A stretch of 59,979 nucleotides of DNA from an uncultured Atopobium sp. (GTDB lineage Bacteria; Actinomycetota; Coriobacteriia; Coriobacteriales; Atopobiaceae): positions 1 to 59,979 of the forward strand of contig CAKARX010000001.1 of assembly GCA_916720745.1 (NCBI GenBank), in the 5' to 3' direction. Positions 45,546 to 57,414 of this stretch are shown piece after piece; position 1 is the stretch's first letter; every line of letters begins with the position of its first letter. The translations under genes were made by a program, and so were the position numbers. The notes under the pieces are model-generated. The model had not been told where the DNA came from and ran no database searches. It worked only from the letters and a program-made list of their open reading frames with translations.

Positions 45546-46625
45546 TTACAGAACGTGAACCTCATCTTTGGTGAAGTCAACAAAGGCGTGGTCACCAACG
45601 TTGTAAATCTTGTGGGTACGAGGATTGAAGTCTGTAATCTTAATGAGGGTGTCGCCGACCATAACGTGATAGTTCTGATAGTGACCCATAAATCGAGAAA
45701 GAACTACCTCGCAGGCAAGTGTTCCCTCGTCAGCAAGACGTGCTGACTCAGGGCGCAGGACAATGCAGCACTCTTTACCCTTATCCAGGTGAGAGCATCC
45801 GCTGACCTCAAATTCCTGTCCCTCAAAATGGCAGAGCGCTGTTTCAGCATCAATCTTCTCTGCAACAACTGCATGCAGGAAGTTTGACTCGCCAATAAAG
45901 TCTGCAACAAACTCGTCTGCTGGGTGATAGTAAACCGTCTGAGGATCGCCAACCTGATCAACAACACCCTTTTTCATAATGATGATGTTGTCTGAAAGCG
46001 CCATTGCCTCTGACTGGTCATGTGTGACGTAGATGGCGGTAATACCAGCCTCTTGCTGGATGCGACGGATCTCGTTACGCATGTCAACGCGGAGCTTTGC
46101 ATCAAGGTTTGAAAGAGGCTCGTCAAAGAGGAGCACGCTTGGCTCAATAACCAGAGCACGTGCCAAAGCAACACGCTGCTGCTGACCACCAGAAAGCTGG
46201 TTGGTCATGCGCTCTTCCATGCCCTCAAGTCCAACGAGACCAAGAATGTGAAGGACCTTCTCGCGAATTACGTTCTTGTCCATCTTGCGAAGCTTGAGGC
46301 CATAGGCAACATTGTCAAAGATGTTGTAGTGGGGAAGTAGCGCATAGCTCTGGAACACCATAGCAGTGTCGCGCTTGTTTGGAGTAAGCTCATCAATCTG
46401 CTCATCGCCAAGGAAGATCTTTCCCTCATCAGGACTCTCAAAACCAGCAATCATGCGCAGAATAGTGGTCTTTCCGCAGCCAGAAGGGCCAAGCAGTGTA
46501 ACAAACTCGCCAGGAGCAATAGTGATGTTAGCGTCTTGAACTGCGTAGAAGTCTTTGCCAGTCTTCTGATCCTGATAAATCTTGGAAATGTGCTCAAGGC
46601 GAACGCCTTTTTTCTCTGTAGCCAT
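45546..46625 (-). CDS. ABC transporter ATP-binding protein (FbpC/AfuC/PotA type)
   Basis: GPSGCGKT, VFQSYAL, LSGGQQQR, DEPLSNLD and YVTHDQ, with TOBE-like C-terminus. Confidence 0.92.
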   Translation of the reverse strand: MATEKKGVRLEHISKIYQDQKTGKDFYAVQDANITIAPGEFVTLLGPSGCGKTTILRMIAGFESPDEGKIFLGDEQIDELTPNKRDTAMVFQSYALLPHYNIFDNVAYGLKLRKMDKNVIREKVLHILGLVGLEGMEERMTNQLSGGQQQRVALARALVIEPSVLLFDEPLSNLDAKLRVDMRNEIRRIQQEAGITAIYVTHDQSEAMALSDNIIIMKKGVVDQVGDPQTVYYHPADEFVADFIGESNFLHAVVAEKIDAETALCHFEGQEFEVSGCSHLDKGKECCIVLRPESARLADEGTLACEVVLSRFMGHYQNYHVMVGDTLIKITDFNPRTHKIYNVGDHAFVDFTKDEVHVL

Positions 46626-46628
46626 GTG

Positions 46629-48338
46629 TTACTCCTCCTTGAGTGCTCGGCTGGTGCCAAAGTGTTTGATGGCCCAATTCATAAGCAATACCGAGCCATA
46701 GGTAATAACAATCAGAATTGTTGCAAAGGCGCAGGCCATACCATATGAACCCTTGCCCGCAAACTCATTGATCTGAACAGTAATGAGCAGGAACTCTGGT
46801 GTGACCAAGAGAATAACTGCAGAAATTGCGGTGATGGAGCGGACAAACGCCGTTACCAGGCCCGACAAGAACGAATCTTTAATCAGCGGTAGCGTAACGG
46901 TCATAAACACCGTAAAGCTATCGGCACCCATGTCATATGCGGACTCCTCGATTGATTTATCAATCTGTCGAAGCGCCGAGATACCCGAGCGGGTTCCTGT
47001 TGGAAGCGAACGCACGACAAAGACAATAATCAAGATGAGTCCTGTGCCATACAGGCCTTGCAAAAATCCTGTGTGCATGACACCGCTTGAGAATCCGCGA
47101 ATGTAACCAACGCCCAAAACCGTACCAGGAACAGCCATAGCCAGCATGGATACAGCCTCGATAAAGCCGCGACCACGGAAACGACGTTTTACTACCAGAT
47201 AGGAAATAATCATCGAAAGCAGGGCGGTAATTGGTGCGGCAATAAGCGAGAGCATAAACGAGTCGCTAAACGCTTGCAGACCGTGGTACTTGGTAAATAC
47301 CTGCTCAAACCATTTAGTAGTTAGTTCGTAATTAGAGCCCCAGGAACGGACAAACGAGCCATAAGGAACGCAGAGGTACATGCCAATAACAAAGAGTGCA
47401 ACCAGTGCGCAAAGAATGGTAAGTGGGATGCGGACAGAATTGTCTGTAATGAGCATCCTGGCTCGCGCTGCTTTGCCTGAGAGCGTGGACGTGCTCTTTG
47501 CTTCCAGTACAAACTTCTGAACAACAAACATAAGCAGCGTAATGGAAAGAAGAACAACAGCCATAGCAGCTGCACCCTGCTTGTCATACGCGCCGGTGAT
47601 TTGCAGGTAGATGGTTGTTGCCAGGGTATCGTACGAACCACCAATAATCATTGGGTTAGCAAAGTCTGCGATTGACTCAATAAATGAGACGAGAAAAGCA
47701 TTGCCCAAGCCAGGCAAAATAAGAGGAAGGGTAACGCTGGTAAATACCTTCCAGCGGCTTGCGCCCATGTCACGTGCTGCTTCTTCAAGGGATGGGTCAA
47801 TGTTTTTAAGCAGACCCTTAAGCATCATGTAGCACACAGGGAAGAACGACATAGTCTGGACAATAAAAATGCCCCAGAAACCATAGATGTTGTTGTCAAA
47901 AATACCCAAAAGACCGCGGGTAATCAGGCCTTTCTTGCCAAACATCATAATCATGGAAAGCGAGAGAACAAATGGCGGAGAAACAACAGGAAGCATGGAA
48001 ACCACGCGGAAAAGTCCTGTCATAAACTTTGTACGAAGCTTTACGTACACTTCAACATACGCAAAAAGAAGACCAATAAGCGCTGATAAAATGCCTACCG
48101 CAAAACCAACTCTGAGCGTATTGGTGATTGCGCGATCAAACGAAGGCAAAGCTAAGATGCGCGTAAATACATCAAAGCTAATCCCATTATCAGAGACTAC
48201 AGAGTCAACCATAAGAATGGCAAGTGGATACAAAATAAATAGGGTTAAGAAGGCGATAAGAACGATAATGGTCGTTATCAAAATTGGATCGCCAAGGAGC
48301 TTTTTTCGCTCAAGTCGAGCGCTCTGGGATTTTGCCAT
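46629..48338 (-). CDS. ABC transporter permease, duplicated (FbpB/AfuB type)
   Basis: Two EAA motifs (LEEAARDMGA, IEESAYDMGA); about 12 TM. Confidence 0.9.
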   Translation of the reverse strand: MAKSQSARLERKKLLGDPILITTIIVLIAFLTLFILYPLAILMVDSVVSDNGISFDVFTRILALPSFDRAITNTLRVGFAVGILSALIGLLFAYVEVYVKLRTKFMTGLFRVVSMLPVVSPPFVLSLSMIMMFGKKGLITRGLLGIFDNNIYGFWGIFIVQTMSFFPVCYMMLKGLLKNIDPSLEEAARDMGASRWKVFTSVTLPLILPGLGNAFLVSFIESIADFANPMIIGGSYDTLATTIYLQITGAYDKQGAAAMAVVLLSITLLMFVVQKFVLEAKSTSTLSGKAARARMLITDNSVRIPLTILCALVALFVIGMYLCVPYGSFVRSWGSNYELTTKWFEQVFTKYHGLQAFSDSFMLSLIAAPITALLSMIISYLVVKRRFRGRGFIEAVSMLAMAVPGTVLGVGYIRGFSSGVMHTGFLQGLYGTGLILIIVFVVRSLPTGTRSGISALRQIDKSIEESAYDMGADSFTVFMTVTLPLIKDSFLSGLVTAFVRSITAISAVILLVTPEFLLITVQINEFAGKGSYGMACAFATILIVITYGSVLLMNWAIKHFGTSRALKEE

Positions 48339-48388
48339 GCTGGTCCTAACTCTGAAACACTAAACCTATACGCAAAGCTCTATGTGGA

Positions 48389-48418
48389 ACTGGGTAGGCA
48401 GATCTCTGCCTACCCAGT
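48389..48418. other. Intra-operon 13-bp stem-loop after the binding-protein gene (mRNA-stabilising or attenuating hairpin)
   Basis: ACTGGGTAGGCAG-ATCT-CTGCCTACCCAGT; no clear U-tract. Confidence 0.65.
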
Positions 48419-48477
48419 ATAATCTGCCACTCAAAGCCTGAGCAACAACATTGTTTATTTGTGTGCCGGCGCTGGTT

Positions 48478-49617
48478 TTACTCTGTCTTGAAGCGGCTAT
48501 CTCCGCCACCAAGAGCTTCCATAACGTCCTTGACATACTGCTCGGTGTGCTTCTTGGCATCCTCGAAGTTGTAGTCCATAACGTTGTTTGGATCAAGGCC
48601 GTACTCAGTAGCAATCTCAGGCTGCTTTGCGTCGTCAATTACCAGGAACTGGTAAGAGCCATTCTTCTGCGCAAGGTCAACGCATGCTGGTGAAAGTGCA
48701 TACTCAATCCAGAGCTTAGCTGCGTTTGGATGTGCAGCACCCTTGAAGATTGCGGTTGCGCCAACCTCGTATGATGCGCCAGAGCTTGGAATCTGAAGAC
48801 CAACATTCTCATGCTCTTGATCAACAATCTGATAAATACCGTCATGGAGCATACCAATTCCGATGGTGCACTCGCCTGTTCCGATAGCCTTGGAAGGACC
48901 AGAACCGCTCTTGGTGTACTGAGCAATGTTCTTATCAAGATCAACAAGATACTGAATACCCTGGTCATGACCGTACTTCTGAATAACGGTGTTGATGATC
49001 AGCTTTGCAGTACCTGCGGTGTTGTAGTTAGAAGACCAAATGAGGCCCTTATACTTAGGATCGATAAGGTCTTTGTAATCCTGAGGAACATCAAGCTTAA
49101 GGCGCTGAAGCTCATCCTTATCGTACAGAATGCCCAGAATGCCCTTATAAATTCCGTACCAGTCTTTGTTGGTACTCTTGAACTTATCGGAAATAAGATG
49201 TGATGCATTCTTTGGCTCATACTGCTCAAGAAGGCCCTTTGAAGAGGTGACATTGTAAGGATCGGTTGTTCCGCCAAACCAGACGTCAGCTGATGGATGA
49301 CCGTTCTCTTCCTCAATCTTTGCAGCAACTTCTCCAGTTGAGAGACGCTGTGCCTGAACATCAATGCCGTACAGGCTCTTGAAGTTTGCACAAACTGCGT
49401 TTATGTACTCTTCCTCGCAAGAGCCATAAACAATCAGCTTACCCTCTTCTTTTGCTGCCTTTACCAGCTCTTCTGGTGCACCAACAGTATCGGTTGAGTT
49501 GGTGTCAGATTCTTTTTTCTCGCTAGAATCAGAATCGGACTTTTTGCAGGCTGTGATACCCAAACCTGCTACAACTGCGCTGACACCAAAAAAATTTCGA
49601 CGAGTAAGGTTTGACAT
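48478..49617 (-). CDS. ABC transporter substrate-binding lipoprotein, AfuA-like (sugar-phosphate), twin-Arg signal
   Basis: TRRNFF...ITAC signal; ADVWFGGTTDP, AGTA, QYTKSG, GIGMLHD and YEVG motifs. Confidence 0.8.
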   Translation of the reverse strand: MSNLTRRNFFGVSAVVAGLGITACKKSDSDSSEKKESDTNSTDTVGAPEELVKAAKEEGKLIVYGSCEEEYINAVCANFKSLYGIDVQAQRLSTGEVAAKIEEENGHPSADVWFGGTTDPYNVTSSKGLLEQYEPKNASHLISDKFKSTNKDWYGIYKGILGILYDKDELQRLKLDVPQDYKDLIDPKYKGLIWSSNYNTAGTAKLIINTVIQKYGHDQGIQYLVDLDKNIAQYTKSGSGPSKAIGTGECTIGIGMLHDGIYQIVDQEHENVGLQIPSSGASYEVGATAIFKGAAHPNAAKLWIEYALSPACVDLAQKNGSYQFLVIDDAKQPEIATEYGLDPNNVMDYNFEDAKKHTEQYVKDVMEALGGGDSRFKTE

Positions 49618-49768
49618 AAGAACTCTTTTCTCTCCTTGTGGTTATCCACAGCTCCAATGAAAAGAACATACTCCTGTGTAAATCGTACTCAAACTTTTTC
49701 GAAAATATTTCAACTATTCGATAAGTGGCTGATATTGGCGGCTATCGGTATGTTTTTGCATATCTAAG

Positions 49769-49800
49769 CAAAAAGGCCAGGGAGAAAATCCCTGGCCTTG
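49769..49800 (-). terminator. Terminator after the tRNA pair
   Basis: AAGGCCAGGGA / TCCCTGGCCTT with A-tract on the left. Confidence 0.8.
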
Positions 49801-49806
49801 AACATT

Positions 49807-49882
49807 TGGTGGAGAATAGGGGGATCGAACCCCTGACCTCAGGCTTGCAAAGCCCGCGCTCTCCCAGCTGAGCTAATTCCCC
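49807..49882 (-). tRNA. tRNA-Ala(TGC)
   Basis: GGGGAATTAGCTCAGCTGGGAGAGC...TT-TGC-AA...GGTTCGATCCC...ACCA; G3:U70 pair. Confidence 0.96.
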
Positions 49883-49970
49883 GTACTGACTTCTGGTTGG
49901 GCCCAGAAGGTTTTAATAATCACCCCAACGGCGACTCGGCTAACGTTGGGGTGACTATTGTCACATAAAG

Positions 49971-50047
49971 TGGTGGGCCTGACAAGGTTTGAACTTGTGA
50001 CCTCCCGGTTATCAGCCGGACGCTCTGACCAACTGAGCTACAGGCCC
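49971..50047 (-). tRNA. tRNA-Ile(GAT)
   Basis: GGGCCTGTAGCTCAGTTGGTCAGAGC...CT-GAT-AA...GTTCAAA...ACCA. Confidence 0.96.
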
Positions 50048-50200
50048 AACGCAGGGAAAAATAATACCTCCATAATTCTCATAGGTCAACACTTTTTTTG
50101 TTTTGTTTTAAACTTTCTTGAAACTGGGTATGAAATGAAAACAGAGAGTCGTAGACTATCTGCCCAAAGATTGATAAAAGACGTGCTATTTGGAGTATTT

Positions 50201-50707
50201 GTGTCGCTGAAGCGTATGGACATACAGACAGTTGTTGTCGGAGGAGGACCTATCTCTTCCGTAATTGTTCTGCGTCTTCATGACCCACGCGGCGTCTCTT
50301 CTTTAAGTCTTCCTATCAAGATTGGCAACATTGAGGCATCTGCTATCAGTCTTGGCATTGATCAAGAATCTACCGAGAGACCTCTAACGCATGACCTTCT
50401 CCGCTCCGTTCTTGATTCTTTGGATGCAGATATTAAAAGCGTACGCATTGTGGGTGTCCGCGGCACCACGTTTTTCTCGCAAATTGAGCTCATCTCCAAA
50501 GAGGGAGAGCATATTTACGTGGATGCTCGCCCATCCGACGCCATTGCGCTGGCAGTAAGGACAAACGCTCCCATCTTTGCAGACGAGAGCGTTCTAGAAA
50601 TTGCTGCTGCTCCAGACTTTACTGATGTCGAGAAGGACGTTCAGGCCCAAGAGCTTGAGGAATTCCGTCAGTTTATTGAGGATGTCTCTCCTGAGGATTT
50701 CTCTTAA
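50201..50707 (+). CDS. Bifunctional nuclease family (DUF151) protein
   Basis: LPIKIG..EA..I, RPLTHDL and DARPSDAIALA; GGAG RBS before GTG 50201. Confidence 0.88.
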   Translation: MSLKRMDIQTVVVGGGPISSVIVLRLHDPRGVSSLSLPIKIGNIEASAISLGIDQESTERPLTHDLLRSVLDSLDADIKSVRIVGVRGTTFFSQIELISKEGEHIYVDARPSDAIALAVRTNAPIFADESVLEIAAAPDFTDVEKDVQAQELEEFRQFIEDVSPEDFS

Positions 50708-50795
50708 GTCCTGCTTTAGAGCGAGTTTTTGAACAACTGGCTTATCTTTTATATAAAAAACATTACCGTTAGCGTGTTGTTTTTCTCGGTAAACG

Positions 50796-50830
50796 AAAAG
50801 AGCTCAGGAGAATTACCTCCTGAGCTCTTC
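50796..50830 (-). terminator. Intrinsic terminator of gyrA
   Basis: AAGAGCTCAGGAG / CTCCTGAGCTCTT. Confidence 0.8.
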
Positions 50831-50852
50831 AAATTACGTATAGCTGAAATGC

Positions 50853-53633
50853 TTATTCGTCATCATCCAGCAGTGAATCGTCCAGTACTTCCTCTTCATC
50901 TCCAAGGTCAACGGACTCTGCCTCATCAGCATCACGAGCACCGGCGGCCATCAGATCAAGCATGCCTTGGTTCTCTGCGTGCTTAGGAGCCTTCTTCTTG
51001 TTGGCAACCATACGAGCAACAGCAGAAACAACGTCGCTACCGGAGAGGTTCATAACCTTGACGCCCTGCGTAGAGCGGCCCAGCTTGGAGATGTCGCCAG
51101 CCTTGACGCGGATTACAACGCCCTCCTCGGACATGATCATAATCTCGTGCTGAGGACCAACAACACGGCAGGCAACCAGGTTACCCTTCTTCTCCGTCAT
51201 TGTGATGGTAAAGACGCCCTGGCCACCACGCTTGTGAACTGGGTACTCAGAAATTGCGGTGCGCTTTCCGTAGCCCTTCTCGGTAATAACAAAGAGGTCG
51301 CCATTGCCGTTGGTAATCTCCATGCCAAGCATAGTTGCATTGCCCTTGAGCGTGATACCACGAACGCCAGAGGTACCACGGCCCATGCTTCTTGCCTCTG
51401 CCTCGTCAAACAGAATTGCCTTGCCGTCGGAGGAGCACAGAACAACCTTGTCACCTGGGTGGACACGGCGGACGTTAACAAGCTCGTCGCCATCCTTAAG
51501 GTTGATTGCAATGAGGCCGTCCTTACGGGTACGGTCGTACTCAGACATTGCTGTCTTCTTGACCATTCCCTGCTTAGTAGCAAACATCAGGTAGTTGTCT
51601 TCTGGGAAGTCGCGGGTAGTAATAACTGCCTTGACTTTCTCGCCCTCTGCAAGTGTCTCGATGACATTGATGATGGCGCTACCCTTAGTAGTTCTGTTAC
51701 CAACCGGAAGCTCGTGGACCTTGAGGCGGTACACCTTACCAAAGTTGGTAAAGAACAGCACGTAATCATGGGTGGAAGCAACAAAGAGATTCTCGACAAA
51801 GTCGTTCTCTTTGAGAGAAACGCCCTGTACGCCCTTGCCGCCACGCTTCTGGGAGCGATAAATCTCAACAGGAACGCGCTTTACGTAGCCCGCGTGAGTG
51901 ACGGTGACAACCATGTCCTCTTCGGCGATAAGATCCTCGACGTCCAGGTTCTGAATGTCCTGGTCGGAGATTTGCGTACGACGCTTGTCGGCATAGCGGT
52001 TGGAAATCTCACGGAGCTCGTCAGCGATAACTGCCAGAATCTTTTCCTCGTGGGCGAGAAGATCCTCGTAGTAGGCAATATCAAGTCTGAGCTGGGAAAT
52101 CTCGTCAACAAGATCCTGACGAGCAAGACCAGTGAGGCGGCGCAGACGCATCTGAAGGATTGCCTCGCCCTGAATCTCATCCAGGCCAAAACGCTCGTTC
52201 ATGCGCTTCTTTGCCTCAGCATCATCCTGCGAGCTGCGGATGATGTGGACAATCTCATCGATGTTATCAACTGCGGTCAGAAGGCCTTCCAAAATATGGA
52301 CGCGCTTCTGAGCCTTATCCAGGTCAAACTCAGTACGACGGCGTACAACATCAATCTGGTGATCAATGTAGTGACGAAGAATCTCGCGAAGAGAAAGGGT
52401 ACGAGGAACACCATCAACCAAGGCCAGGTCAATGATGCCAAAGTTGGATTGGAGCTGAGTCTTCTTGTACAGGTTATTCAGAACAACCTGTGGAACAGCA
52501 TCGCGCTTGAGGTCCAAAACAATACGCATGCCCTTACGGTTGGACTCGTCGCGCATGTCAGAGATGCCTTCAATTTTCTTCTCGTTGACTGCCTGAGCAA
52601 TCTTCTCCTGGAGAAGGCCCTTGTTAACCTGGTAAGGAATCTCGGTAACAACAAGGCGCTGGCGACCGCTCTTGACCTGTTCAACGTGAACCTTTGCGCG
52701 GACGGTAATAGAACCGCGACCAGTCTCATAGGCATCCTTGATGCCCTGAGTGCCCATGATGATGCCGCCTGTTGGGAAGTCAGGACCAGGTAGAACGGTC
52801 ATGAGCTCCTCAGTGGTAACGTCAGGGTTCTCAATCATCATGCAGACAGCGTTAGTTACCTCACCAAGGTTGTGAGGAGGAATGTTGGTAGCCATACCAA
52901 CTGCAATACCTGAAGAACCGTTAACCAAAAGATTTGGGAAACGAGCAGGAAGAACTGCAGGCTCTGTCAGAGACTCATCATAGTTTGACTGAAGATCAAC
53001 GGTGTTCTTGTTAAGCTCTGCCAGCATCTCCATAGCACTTCTGGTAAGACGTGCCTCGGTATAACGCATTGCTGCTGGTGGATCGCCGTCGATAGAACCA
53101 AAGTTTCCGTGACCATCAATCAGAGGAAGCCTCATCGAGAAGTCCTGAGACATACGGACCATGGAGTCATAAATAGCGGAGTCACCGTGTGGGTGGTACT
53201 TACCCATGACTTCACCGACTGCCCATGCAGACTTCTTATGTGGACGGTTTGGCGTAATGCCAGCCTCGCTCATTGCGTACAAAATACGGCGGTGAACAGG
53301 CTTAAGACCGTCTCGAACATCTGGAAGTGCACGAGCAACAATAACGGACATAGAATACTCAAGGAAGGAAGTCTTCATCTCTGAGGACAAGTCGGTTGGC
53401 TTAAGAGTGCCACCGTGAATGTCAGAGAGATCAAGACGAGTACCAGCCTCATCAGAGATGATGTGTGAAGTTTCTCCCGTTATGAGATTTTCCCCAGTCT
53501 CTGGGTCAAACTCGTCAGAGTCTTCTTCTACCTCGTCATCTTCGTATTCTTCATCCATATCGTTTTGTGCATCAAGATCTTGATCCTCATCTGCATCAAA
53601 AAGATCGTCATTCATATTTTTATCGTCTGCCAC
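50853..53633 (-). CDS. gyrA: DNA gyrase subunit A
   Basis: [33 protein letters not shown] and GyrA-box QKRGGKG. Confidence 0.97.
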   Translation of the reverse strand: MADDKNMNDDLFDADEDQDLDAQNDMDEEYEDDEVEEDSDEFDPETGENLITGETSHIISDEAGTRLDLSDIHGGTLKPTDLSSEMKTSFLEYSMSVIVARALPDVRDGLKPVHRRILYAMSEAGITPNRPHKKSAWAVGEVMGKYHPHGDSAIYDSMVRMSQDFSMRLPLIDGHGNFGSIDGDPPAAMRYTEARLTRSAMEMLAELNKNTVDLQSNYDESLTEPAVLPARFPNLLVNGSSGIAVGMATNIPPHNLGEVTNAVCMMIENPDVTTEELMTVLPGPDFPTGGIIMGTQGIKDAYETGRGSITVRAKVHVEQVKSGRQRLVVTEIPYQVNKGLLQEKIAQAVNEKKIEGISDMRDESNRKGMRIVLDLKRDAVPQVVLNNLYKKTQLQSNFGIIDLALVDGVPRTLSLREILRHYIDHQIDVVRRRTEFDLDKAQKRVHILEGLLTAVDNIDEIVHIIRSSQDDAEAKKRMNERFGLDEIQGEAILQMRLRRLTGLARQDLVDEISQLRLDIAYYEDLLAHEEKILAVIADELREISNRYADKRRTQISDQDIQNLDVEDLIAEEDMVVTVTHAGYVKRVPVEIYRSQKRGGKGVQGVSLKENDFVENLFVASTHDYVLFFTNFGKVYRLKVHELPVGNRTTKGSAIINVIETLAEGEKVKAVITTRDFPEDNYLMFATKQGMVKKTAMSEYDRTRKDGLIAINLKDGDELVNVRRVHPGDKVVLCSSDGKAILFDEAEARSMGRGTSGVRGITLKGNATMLGMEITNGNGDLFVITEKGYGKRTAISEYPVHKRGGQGVFTITMTEKKGNLVACRVVGPQHEIMIMSEEGVVIRVKAGDISKLGRSTQGVKVMNLSGSDVVSAVARMVANKKKAPKHAENQGMLDLMAAGARDADEAESVDLGDEEEVLDDSLLDDDE

Positions 53634-53677
53634 AAGTTACCCTTTCATTTTCTGTCTAATGATTTAGCGAGAAACCA

Positions 53678-55663
<1,986 letters not shown>

Positions 55664-55781
55664 TTACTATGAAATCGCCAAAATCAACTCGGCACAGAGA
55701 AATTTCATTGTTTAAACAGCAATATTTGGTATCTGAGAGGCTCTGTAAAGAGATTTAAGGACAGATTAGTGACAGATTAGA

Positions 55782-56315
55782 CTAAAGACTCTTTTTTTGT
55801 CTAAAACTTGCTTCAATCGCTTTATAAGCCGTTGACTTGAGTGGCTCAGAAAGACCAGAAACTAACTCAGAAATTTGTGATTTTTCTTCTGTAGTGAGTT
55901 CTGGAAGAACTTTCTTCTCTACTTTTTGGCCCTGAGGTTGTTCTTTTGAGGAACCGTCTTCTTTACCAGCATGTCTATTGTATTTATCCAGCTTAAACTC
56001 AAGATCTGAAAATTCCAGGCCATGCTCTGACAACCTTGCTCTATAGATTTCTCTTTGTGCAAGAAAATCAATCATGCACATACGATTGTCTACATAAACG
56101 GTAAGTACAGGATATTCTCTACCAGCAATTTCTCTAACAAATACGCCGGTTGTGTGTTCTACTTCTCTTTCACCATTTGACTCAACCCATGCAAGATAAG
56201 CGCGACGATTTTTAGACATACTCTTAGAATCTCTGAAGGTTCCAAGTAAGGTGCTCATTAAATCTTTTGCGTTTTCATTACCACCACGCGCAGGTGTTTC
56301 TTGTAGATTATTCAT
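55782..56315 (-). CDS. DciA (DUF721)-like helicase-loading factor
   Basis: Sits between recF and gyrB; W..G..HT...VLTVYVD pattern resembles DUF721. Confidence 0.6.
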   Translation of the reverse strand: MNNLQETPARGGNENAKDLMSTLLGTFRDSKSMSKNRRAYLAWVESNGEREVEHTTGVFVREIAGREYPVLTVYVDNRMCMIDFLAQREIYRARLSEHGLEFSDLEFKLDKYNRHAGKEDGSSKEQPQGQKVEKKVLPELTTEEKSQISELVSGLSEPLKSTAYKAIEASFRQKKSL

Positions 56316-57399
56316 CGCTAAACCTAACTATCTGCGCTTTCTCTAAAATCTCTTCAGAGAAATAACCAAGGTTGGTAGTTGTAATTACGGTTTGGATGTC
56401 GTGGAATGCAAACTCCATAATGGCTTTTCTGCGATCTTCATCCAACTCACTCATCACATCGTCTAAAAGTAGCAGGGGTTTCTCGCCAAGTATTTCTTCT
56501 GAGAGTAAAACTTCTGCCATTTTAAGTGCTAAGACCACCGTTCTGATTTGGCCCTGAGATCCAAAATTTCTAGCGTCTTTACCGTCAATTAAAAACTCAA
56601 CATCATCTCGATGAGGACCTTTAGTGCTTTGCTGACGGCGAATATCATCTGCACGCGCTTCGTTTAAAGCTTGTAAAAACTGATTAGTAATTTCTTCTCG
56701 GGAGGCTTCGAGAGAAACCTCTCCAATTGAAGAAATATAATTCATCTCCAGGTGCTCTCCGCCAGAAAGTTCCTGGTAAATCTCGCATGTTTTCTTTGCC
56801 AGGCGCTCAAATAAATGAATGCGCGCGTGAAGAAGCGTTGCTCCACCCCTTGCAAGCGAAAGATCCCATGCATCAAGCAAATTATTGTCAGGCCAATCAG
56901 ATTTAAGCAACTTATTTCTTTGCTCAACTGTTTTTGTATATGCCGAGAAAACCTTGAAGTAGCTTTTATTTGCCTGGCGACCAAAGTCATCGAATTCTTC
57001 TCGGCGATATGATGCGCCACCTTTAATCATTGAAAGATCATCAGGATTAAAAAGGACCGACATCAACGTACCAGAAATATCTGCTGCCTGGCATTTCTTG
57101 CCGTTCTTTGAAAATTGGCGACGGCGTTCTGTGATGGTACAGGTATTTTCTAGCTTTCTTCCATCTCCTGTAAGCGAAATCTCTATCTTTGCCTCAGAAG
57201 TACCTGTAAGAAGGAGCTGTGATGGTGTTGGTTTTCTAAAAGAGTATCCAGCGGTAAGGAGTTGTAATGCCTCGACAGTATTTGTCTTACCTGCGGCGTT
57301 TTTTCCTACAAAGATAGTAGTTTGCGCAGATAAATCTATTTCTTTCGAAGCAAAACAACGAAAGTTATACAGCGAAACATGTTCAACTTTAAGTCCCAC
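56308..57399 (-). CDS. recF: DNA replication/repair protein RecF
   Basis: NFRC, GKNAAGKTN, GPHRDD, GSQGQ and LLLDDVMSELD. Confidence 0.96.
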   Translation of the reverse strand: MGLKVEHVSLYNFRCFASKEIDLSAQTTIFVGKNAAGKTNTVEALQLLTAGYSFRKPTPSQLLLTGTSEAKIEISLTGDGRKLENTCTITERRRQFSKNGKKCQAADISGTLMSVLFNPDDLSMIKGGASYRREEFDDFGRQANKSYFKVFSAYTKTVEQRNKLLKSDWPDNNLLDAWDLSLARGGATLLHARIHLFERLAKKTCEIYQELSGGEHLEMNYISSIGEVSLEASREEITNQFLQALNEARADDIRRQQSTKGPHRDDVEFLIDGKDARNFGSQGQIRTVVLALKMAEVLLSEEILGEKPLLLLDDVMSELDEDRRKAIMEFAFHDIQTVITTTNLGYFSEEILEKAQIVRFSDE

Positions 57400-57414
57400 A
57401 CAACCCCTATCAAA

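Noticed and set aside
49642..49650. Perfect canonical DnaA box TTATCCACA upstream of the binding-protein gene
   Set aside because: An isolated copy within a small TGTGG/CCACA inverted repeat; a single 9-mer in 60 kb is plausible by chance, and oriC here uses a different consensus.
49958..50200. N-terminal 81 codons of the 249-aa ORF
   Set aside because: They overlap tRNA-Ile on the opposite strand; the real start is GTG 50201 with an RBS.
50967..52793. 608-aa antisense ORF opposite gyrA
   Set aside because: Shadow ORF of a codon-biased gene; no recognisable domain.
53150..53200. Quinolone-resistance change in the GyrA QRDR
   Set aside because: HGDSAIYD retains Ser and Asp at the positions equivalent to 83 and 87.
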